A DNA stretch of 32,000 nt, taken from positions 2,940,001 to 2,972,000 of the forward strand of contig NC_007614.1 in the NCBI RefSeq assembly GCF_000196355.1, read 5' to 3'. Source of the DNA: Nitrosospira multiformis ATCC 25196 (GTDB lineage: Bacteria; Pseudomonadota; Gammaproteobacteria; Burkholderiales; Nitrosomonadaceae). Numbering within the stretch: position 1 is the first letter of the stretch; each line of letters starts with the position of its first letter. Shown here one piece after another: positions 26,191-32,000 of this stretch. The position numbers and the translations under genes are program-made. The notes below the pieces were generated by a model that searched no databases, had not been told where the DNA came from, and saw only the letters and a program-made list of their open reading frames with translations.

Positions 26191-26462
26191 TCCTTATGCC
26201 CTGATTATTCATATCGTTCTCGGACTGCAACGGTCTTCCCGATATTATTCGATTTGCGCGAGTGCGTATTTTCGTGGCAGGATATGACTGAATCATTAAG
26301 ATCAGATGTCAGATTCATGAATCCGATATAGGTAGAAAGGACCACGCAGACAACAGGAGGAAATGCAGGGATGCCTTCCCCTGGTTCCATGAAATATGCA
26401 ACTGTGAAGAGACAGATGGAGACGGGCTCCCCGGAAACTTCCAGTTCCGAACTTCTGAAGTT

Positions 26463-27275
26463 CTAATATTGAACGCTCTGCGGGAAGGAGCCGGATTGTG
26501 GGGATGAATCGGGTTGCGAGGACCTCCCATCCTCTTGATCGGAAGGGCTGGGGGAGAGCGAGAAAGGCGAGGATGGTGGCGGGATACCGTTTTCCGATTC
26601 CGCTTTTGGCTGGGAACCGGAAGCTTCCGGCTGCAGCCGAAGATCTCCTGGTCGCCATTCAGAGGAAGATTGTGGTGGAGTAGCGGGCGAATCGGCCGGC
26701 ACAGCTTGCGCTTGGGGCAGACTGGCGGAGTCTCCGGGGAAGTAGACGAACTTCCAGTCGCGATAATCCTTCGCTTCCGCAAAATCCGCATAGCGTTCCG
26801 GAAAATTGGCGCGCTTGAGCGGAGGCTCTTTTGAAAGGCTGTACACGCCGATTATTCCGGCATTCGGCTGTGTGACCAGACCCCACTCGCTTGAGGCAGT
26901 CATGGGGTCGAAAAATATTTTCCGGAGATGCCGTTTGATGGTGGAAAAACGCTTATCCAGGAGCAATTTTTCCAATGAATCGGGATAACGCTTCGGCATG
27001 CCGGGTGAATTTTCGTAATAAGAGCCGATCGCCTGCCTGAACTGTTCTCCGACAAACATCAGTTCTTTTTCTTTTTCCCGCCGTACCTCGGTACGCCATA
27101 CCTGCACGACGCCTGCCAACGCAACGCTGGTCAGCGCCACCACAAACAGGATCCAGATATAGGTAAAACCCTTTTGTCCTGCGCCTCCTACGTCTCCCAC
27201 GCCTCCTACACCTATATGGCGCGGTATTTCTTGCCGCCCAATCACACCGCTACCAGGCCGCGTAAGAGGTTCCAT
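26463..27275 (-). CDS. type II secretion/pilin-like pseudopilin with long Ser/Pro/Gln-rich C-terminal tail
   Basis: In-frame ATG 27273-27275 inside ORF 26463..27308; GFTYIWILFVVALTSVALAGVVQVWRTEVRREKEKELMFVGEQFRQAIGSYYENSPGMPKRYPDSLEKLLLDKR prepilin-like helix; 26-nt overlap with the preceding CDS. Confidence 0.82.
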   Translation of the reverse strand: MEPLTRPGSGVIGRQEIPRHIGVGGVGDVGGAGQKGFTYIWILFVVALTSVALAGVVQVWRTEVRREKEKELMFVGEQFRQAIGSYYENSPGMPKRYPDSLEKLLLDKRFSTIKRHLRKIFFDPMTASSEWGLVTQPNAGIIGVYSLSKEPPLKRANFPERYADFAEAKDYRDWKFVYFPGDSASLPQAQAVPADSPATPPQSSSEWRPGDLRLQPEASGSQPKAESENGIPPPSSPFSLSPSPSDQEDGRSSQPDSSPQSGSFPQSVQY

Positions 27276-27678
27276 CCTTTGACTCTTCCTCCGCGCCGCT
27301 GCGCACATCGTAGAGACCTTCGGCTGAATCAGGGGGAGGGAGGGTGACCCAGGTTTCGGAACTTTCGGTCAAGGGATCAACCGGAATGGCGCGCAAGTAC
27401 CGCTTCTCGACCAGTTCTGCCAGATCGCGGGGATAACTCCCGGTATCGCCGTAAAACTTGTCGATGGCATCCCGCATGACATTCAGGTCCTGGCGCAATA
27501 CTGCTTCCTTCGATCTTTCCACGGAGTTGAAGTACCGCGGGGCGGCAATGGTAAGAAGAACGGCAATGATGGCCATGACAACCAGCAACTCGACCAGGGT
27601 AAAGCCGGAGGGGTACGAGCCATGTTGCATACTCCCGGAAGTAAATCCGGATTCAGTTTCGCACATCCTGATCACCAT
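27250..27678 (-). CDS. prepilin-type N-terminal methylation domain protein (GspG-like pseudopilin)
   Basis: GFTLVELLVVMAIIAVLLTIAAPRYFNSVERSKEAVLRQDLNVMRDAIDKFYGDTGSYPRDLAELVEKRYLRAIPVDPLT. Start is 27678 (7-nt overlap with upstream stop) or M17 at 27630, which gives a conventional short leader (MQHGSYPSG/FTLVELL). Confidence 0.88.
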   Translation of the reverse strand: MVIRMCETESGFTSGSMQHGSYPSGFTLVELLVVMAIIAVLLTIAAPRYFNSVERSKEAVLRQDLNVMRDAIDKFYGDTGSYPRDLAELVEKRYLRAIPVDPLTESSETWVTLPPPDSAEGLYDVRSGAEEESKDGTSYAAW

Positions 27679-28184
27679 TTATCGTAGGCAATGCCGTTCA
27701 AGCCGATCCGCGGTGAACGGGAATATACATCGAAAACATCATTCCCCTCCTGCGGGTTATCCGGTGAGCTCTCATAGGAACGCTTGCCCCAGGTGTCCGC
27801 AGCAGGCAATGCAGGGTCATCCGACATCGGGTCTCTCGGCAGTCGCCGCAGGAAATATATTTTACGCTTGGTGGGATGCTTGATATCCGGCACGCCATTC
27901 ACCAGATCTTCCAGCTTGCGCGGATACTCCGATTCATCGGCTTGCCGAACAATCCTCCCTTCGTTCACCGCGCCCTTGTATGCGTCCAGCGCTTCGCGGA
28001 TCTGGCGTAATCCCACCCGCAGTTCCTGTTCTTTTTCACGCTTTACCGTGAGTTCATATAACGGTATCGCGGCAGAAGCGAGCACTGCTGTGATGGCTAC
28101 GACGACGGTCAGTTCCACCAGGGTAAATCCCTGTCCGCCTGTTTTTTTTACTACCGCCACCGACGCAGCAAAAATACGCTTCAT
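27672..28184 (-). CDS. prepilin-type N-terminal methylation domain protein (GspG/GspH-like pseudopilin)
   Basis: 170 aa; GFTLVELTVVVAITAVLASAAIPLYELTVKREKEQELRVGLRQIREALDAYKGAVNEGRI... RRLPRDPMSDD. Confidence 0.88.
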   Translation of the reverse strand: MKRIFAASVAVVKKTGGQGFTLVELTVVVAITAVLASAAIPLYELTVKREKEQELRVGLRQIREALDAYKGAVNEGRIVRQADESEYPRKLEDLVNGVPDIKHPTKRKIYFLRRLPRDPMSDDPALPAADTWGKRSYESSPDNPQEGNDVFDVYSRSPRIGLNGIAYDKW

Positions 28185-28190
28185 GCCATC

Positions 28191-30440
28191 TCAACGAATA
28201 TCCACATTGACAGCCGGTGGCAAAGGCACCGGAACGGGAAGCGGCCCGCTTTCGTCCTTGAAACTGATATTCCCGATACTGATCTGAGTCGTGACAGGCT
28301 TTTGCGCCAAAATCCTGAATCGCACATCCGCGGCGCCGCCCCCCTTGCTCAGTTTCAATACGCGTGTTCCGGATTTATCACCCTCGTCCACCGGTTCAAG
28401 CGCCACAGGGTCATAATTCAGATCCAGTTCCGCGGGCGGGAGTGCATCTGCACCGGCGAGGGTCACGCTCACCACAAATTCCTGTCCTGCGGACACCTGT
28501 TCCGGCGCAGCCAGTGTCGCAACCGGTGCCCCCTCGGGCGGCGCCGGCGGACGGGTTTCCTCCCTGGAAGGCGCGGATGGCCACTGCCGGCTGGCGTTAG
28601 CATCGGAGGTTGGAGAGGAAGAAGCCATCGCCAGCGCCCGCGGCGCCACTTTGCCGATCATCAGCGGCGAAACCGCTATCGCATTCTCCGTACCGAAGGG
28701 CACTTCGCTGACCGCTTTCGCCGGACGGGCAATATTGCGCACGATACGCGGCGTAATCAGCAGCGCGATTTCAGTCTTGTTTCGGACAACGTTCTTATTG
28801 ATGAAAAGCTTTCCGATCCACGGCAACTCTGCCAGCCCGGGAACCTTGGAAAGCGTGGTGCGCTCGTCATCGCTGATCAATCCTGCCAGAACCTGGGTTT
28901 CGCCATCCTTCAACGCCAGCGTGGTCGCTGCCGTGCGCGTCCCTACCTGATAGGCAAGGCCCCCTCCCGTTACCGGCACTTCCTTGACGATATTGCTCAC
29001 TTCCAGGCTGACCTTCATGGAAACCTCATCCTGCAGCGAGATGGTGGATTCGACGTCCAGCTTGAGTCCCACATCGAGGTAGCTGACCGATGATGCCACA
29101 CCCACGTTGGCGGCTGCGGTCGTCGTGACGACTGGAACCTTGTCGCCGATCAGGACCTTCGCTTTCTCCCGGTTCTTGACGCGAATGCGCGGATTGGCAA
29201 GCACATTGATCAGCCCGTCCTGCTGCTTGAGGTTGACGATCAGGGCGGGATTGGCAACGAATCCAATCAGGTTGTCGAGATTGGAACCATTGCCGTTAAC
29301 CCCTGCACGGCTGATCTGAAAGGGCGGAAAAGGAGCCGCGCCGGCAGCACTGGCTGCGGTAAGATAATTTACATTGATCTTCTCAGGATACTGCAATCCG
29401 AGGTTGAGCAGTTTGTTGCGCCCGATTTCCAGCACCTCCACTTCCAGCATGACTTCGGGATCGGCCAGATCATTCAGCGTAACCAGCCGCTCGGCCAGCC
29501 GGATCGCCTCCGGCGTGTCTTTCATGACGAACAGGTTCAGCTTTTCGTCGACGTGCATGTCCTTGGTTTTGATCAACCCCTTGACCATCGCGACCATCTG
29601 CTTCACATCGGTATTCGTGACAAAGAAACTGCGCACCATCAATTCCTGGTATTCCTTCTGCTTGGCCGGAGTATTCGGATAGATCAGCACCGAATTTTCG
29701 TTGAGGACCTTGTGTGCGAGCTGGTTCGTCACCAGAAGGAGCTTGAATACATCCTCGATATTGGTCTCGCGCACGAAAATCGTCGTCTTGCTGTCCTGCT
29801 TGACGTCCTTGTCAAAGACCACGTTGATGCCGCCGGTGCGCGCCAGGATTTCGAATACCGATTTCAGGCCCGTATCTCGAAACTCGAGCGTGATAGGTTT
29901 TTTAAACGCGGTTTTCAGGATAGGGCCCGCTTGCGCGGCTTGCACTTCCATTTCGGTGATGCGCTGAATGAGCCTGCGTGCATCCCGCTGCATCGGATTT
30001 TCCTGCAGCACGGAGCGGACCTCGCTTGAAGCAGCTGCATACTCCCCCCGCTCCAGCAATTCTTCCGCTCGTTTTATTGCCGCTGTATGGCGGCGATCCA
30101 TATTGATCGCCTCCAACCCGGCGAGTGCGCGTTCATGACGTGGATTTATTTCAAGCGCCCGGCGAAAACTCCGTTCAGCCGCTTCCAGATCACCTGTCGA
30201 CCTTGCGGCTTCCGCCTCGAATACGAAACGCGCGGCTATCGCTTCGCGCTGGCGCGCGAGCACCGCGCGAATTTCAAGATTATCCGGATTTTCGCGCGCC
30301 GCCTGTTCGAGACTGGCAAGCCCAGTGTCGAGCTTGCCCTCGGCTATGAGCCGCTTGCCCTCCACGAACGCATTGTTTGTCGCGCATCCTGCAATTCCGG
30401 CAAGAACCAGGGCAAGCAGAACGTGTTTGCCAGTTTTCAT
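28191..30440 (-). CDS. lipoprotein secretin (GspD/PilQ/MshL-like) with N-terminal TPR-like and C-terminal cohesin-like domains
   Basis: 749 aa; lipobox LAGIAGC; TPR-like repeats (DLEAAERSFRRALEINPRHERALAGLEAI); ITLEFRDTGLKSVFEILARTGGINVVFDKDV (secretin N0/STN); C-terminal secretin core VPVVTTTAAANVGVASSVSYLDVGLKLDVESTISLQDEVSMKVSLEVSNI...ETQVLAGLISDDERTTLSKVPGLAELPWIGKLF; cohesin-like tail VSAGQEFVVSVTLAGADALPPAELDLNYDPVALEPV. Confidence 0.93.
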   Translation of the reverse strand: MKTGKHVLLALVLAGIAGCATNNAFVEGKRLIAEGKLDTGLASLEQAARENPDNLEIRAVLARQREAIAARFVFEAEAARSTGDLEAAERSFRRALEINPRHERALAGLEAINMDRRHTAAIKRAEELLERGEYAAASSEVRSVLQENPMQRDARRLIQRITEMEVQAAQAGPILKTAFKKPITLEFRDTGLKSVFEILARTGGINVVFDKDVKQDSKTTIFVRETNIEDVFKLLLVTNQLAHKVLNENSVLIYPNTPAKQKEYQELMVRSFFVTNTDVKQMVAMVKGLIKTKDMHVDEKLNLFVMKDTPEAIRLAERLVTLNDLADPEVMLEVEVLEIGRNKLLNLGLQYPEKINVNYLTAASAAGAAPFPPFQISRAGVNGNGSNLDNLIGFVANPALIVNLKQQDGLINVLANPRIRVKNREKAKVLIGDKVPVVTTTAAANVGVASSVSYLDVGLKLDVESTISLQDEVSMKVSLEVSNIVKEVPVTGGGLAYQVGTRTAATTLALKDGETQVLAGLISDDERTTLSKVPGLAELPWIGKLFINKNVVRNKTEIALLITPRIVRNIARPAKAVSEVPFGTENAIAVSPLMIGKVAPRALAMASSSPTSDANASRQWPSAPSREETRPPAPPEGAPVATLAAPEQVSAGQEFVVSVTLAGADALPPAELDLNYDPVALEPVDEGDKSGTRVLKLSKGGGAADVRFRILAQKPVTTQISIGNISFKDESGPLPVPVPLPPAVNVDIR

Positions 30441-30961
30441 GGAATGTTTGCCGTTCCCGCAGTAGCAAGCATCTGCCTGGCGTTAAGAGGAAGATAGGTG
30501 AACGTGATGCCGCGATCGCTCACCTCATCCAATCGATACTGGTTATTGATGCTCTCACCAGGTCTGACGATATAATTGCGTTCTCCCAGGGCGAGAAACA
30601 CGCGTGTTTCATTCCCTTCGACAACCTTGCCCAGATACCTGAATTGCATCGGTGGCGGAGAGGGCCGCCTTGGCGGCTCCGGACGAGGAGGCGGAACCCA
30701 TGATCTCTGTCCGAAAATGTCACCTGCCTGGGCACTGAATTTTCTGCGCTCCAACCGCCCGAGATCCAGCTCAGCGGCTTCATTTTCGGGGGCGTTCCTG
30801 CCTGCAGGCGCTTCCTTTTGGAAATGGGGTGCTTCAGCAGAATCTGGAAGCGTTTCCGGACCTGCTTCGCCTTCTTCTCCGCTCACCCATTGGGCCACGA
30901 GAAGCGTGGCCAGCAGCGCTCCAGCCAGCCATAACCTGCGCGCCTTCTCTGTCGGTTTCAA
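30437..30961 (-). CDS. PilP/GspC/MshK-like inner-membrane protein
   Basis: 174 aa from TTG start (TTGA overlap with upstream stop); N-terminal TM, Pro-rich linker, small domain FRYLGKVVEGNETRVFLALGERNYIVRPGESINNQYRLDEVSDRGITFTYLPLN. Confidence 0.75.
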   Translation of the reverse strand: MKPTEKARRLWLAGALLATLLVAQWVSGEEGEAGPETLPDSAEAPHFQKEAPAGRNAPENEAAELDLGRLERRKFSAQAGDIFGQRSWVPPPRPEPPRRPSPPPMQFRYLGKVVEGNETRVFLALGERNYIVRPGESINNQYRLDEVSDRGITFTYLPLNARQMLATAGTANIP

Positions 30962-31536
30962 TGCTTGCCTTCGCTCAGATAGAGATTGAATTTGATATTC
31001 GCTTCCAGCAGCTCCGCGTGTACCCCCTCGCGCCGGATGGCAACGTCAACCAGCGCCATTGCCGGTACCGCGTGCAAGGCATCGGCAATGAAACCCCGCA
31101 ATTGGGAATAATTTCCGCGGACCGGCACCATCATTTCGTAGCGCGCCAGTTTCAGATCCTTCTCTCGTATCATGCGATATTCAGTGCCGCTGATTTCCAC
31201 GCCCCGTTCTCCTGCAATCCGTACCAGTTCTCCAATCCACAACGGGGATGAATCCAGCTTCGGAAAAAATGCGTAGAACGCCGGCAATGCCTGATCGCCA
31301 CGCAGCCTTCGGCGGTGGCTTCCGCTCTCGGCGGAAGGCTCCATTCTTATCCTTGCTTCCAGCACCTCGGCTTCAGCCCTGAGTGCTTTCGATTCCTCCT
31401 GCCGCGGCAACACGGCTACCAGAAAAAATACGGCGGAGAATACAAGCAGCCCGAAACCGATTTTTCCCGCAGGACCAAGCCGCTCCATTTGCCAGCGCAC
31501 CCGCAGCCATACCGTTTTAAGGGAATTCAAGTCCAT
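30958..31536 (-). CDS. PilO/GspM/MshJ-like assembly protein
   Basis: 192 aa; N-terminal TM (IGFGLLVFSAVFFLVAVL), then a coiled coil and ferredoxin-like fold region; sits between the PilN-like and PilP-like genes. Confidence 0.75.
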   Translation of the reverse strand: MDLNSLKTVWLRVRWQMERLGPAGKIGFGLLVFSAVFFLVAVLPRQEESKALRAEAEVLEARIRMEPSAESGSHRRRLRGDQALPAFYAFFPKLDSSPLWIGELVRIAGERGVEISGTEYRMIREKDLKLARYEMMVPVRGNYSQLRGFIADALHAVPAMALVDVAIRREGVHAELLEANIKFNLYLSEGKH

Positions 31537-32000
31537 GACGCCGTCAGGAAAAAAACCACCGGCCGCTGGGGATCATCCCGTTTGATTTCATACTTGAGCA
31601 GATAAGCATCCTTGACAGCGGATTGCCGCTCCAGTTCACTGACAAAATCAAGCATGGCCGATATATTCTTTGCTTCCCCGCCGATACGGACCGTGCGGCC
31701 AAAAACATCCGGTTGAAACGACAGCAAGGCCACCTCCTGGCTCGCCGCATGCTCGACTGAATCAAAAAGTGACTCCCATGGCAAATCGATCTCGCTCATC
31801 ACCGCATTGGCTTTTTTTAGCTCTTTTTTTATTTCACCCCCGCCCTGTGCCGACCAGACGCGGGGCGCAATCTTGCGTTGCGCTCGCCGATCCATGCTGG
31901 CGATGCGCAGATCCCAATAAGCCACCTCGTCCATGGCCGATCTGAACTGATGCAATACTCCTGCCAGGGCGACAGCGCCCAGCAAGACGAGGAAGTAACC
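31527..32000 (-). CDS. PilN/GspL/MshI-like assembly protein, 5' end outside window
   Basis: The track ORF begins at a TTG (31983-31985), but the frame stays open to the window edge (GYFLVLLGAVALAGVLHQFRSAMDEVAYWDLRIASMDRR...), so the true N-terminus lies beyond 32000. Confidence 0.7.
   Translation of the reverse strand, partial: GYFLVLLGAVALAGVLHQFRSAMDEVAYWDLRIASMDRRAQRKIAPRVWSAQGGGEIKKELKKANAVMSEIDLPWESLFDSVEHAASQEVALLSFQPDVFGRTVRIGGEAKNISAMLDFVSELERQSAVKDAYLLKYEIKRDDPQRPVVFFLTASWT

Noticed and set aside
26315-26791. 158-aa minus-strand ORF and plus-strand ORFs 26302..26834
   Set aside because: Alternative frames of the pseudopilin low-complexity tail and the epsA-like promoter region; no plausible domain.
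1-32000. CRISPR array, tRNA/rRNA genes, prophage or intact IS element
   Set aside because: No regularly spaced repeats, no tRNA cloverleaf or rRNA-like segments, and no transposase, integrase or phage structural ORFs recognised by eye.

Overview
The window looks like a betaproteobacterial chromosome segment, probably from an ammonia oxidiser of the Nitrosomonadaceae/Nitrosospira type (an inference from gene content and protein style, not a database result). It is dominated by cell-envelope and secretion genes. Minus strand, left: a porin (5' part only), a TonB-like protein, ExbD/TolR, and an ExbB/TolQ proton channel fused to an exported DUF2341/LamG-like domain. Plus strand, 3.7-9.9 kb: a glycerophosphodiester phosphodiesterase, a Tat-exported PhoX/DUF839 protein, a small hypothetical protein, a DUF5132-like protein and a 215-aa amphipathic/proline-rich protein. 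Minus strand, 10.0-26.2 kb: a DUF3562-like small protein, a giant two-partner-secretion exoprotein TpsA (3409 aa), its TpsB/FhaC-type transporter, a secreted PBP/PstS-like protein, a PEP-CTERM protein with one EF-hand/half-dockerin-like loop, and an EpsA-type LuxR regulator. Minus strand, 26.4-32 kb: three type II/IV pseudopilin-like proteins, a lipoprotein secretin with N-terminal TPR-like repeats and a C-terminal cohesin-like domain, and PilP-, PilO- and PilN-like inner-membrane proteins (the last is 5'-truncated by the window edge). The best candidates for follow-up are: (i) the linked TpsA/TpsB/PBP-like/PEP-CTERM/EpsA/cohesin-secretin surface-secretion island; (ii) overlapping, mutually exclusive RNA hairpins just upstream of tpsB; (iii) the LamG-ExbB fusion operon; (iv) a 20-nt perfect palindrome with repeated half-sites in a divergent promoter region; and (v) a shared 12-mer upstream of both the PEP-CTERM gene and the epsA-like gene. 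No tRNA, rRNA, CRISPR array or intact mobile element was recognised.
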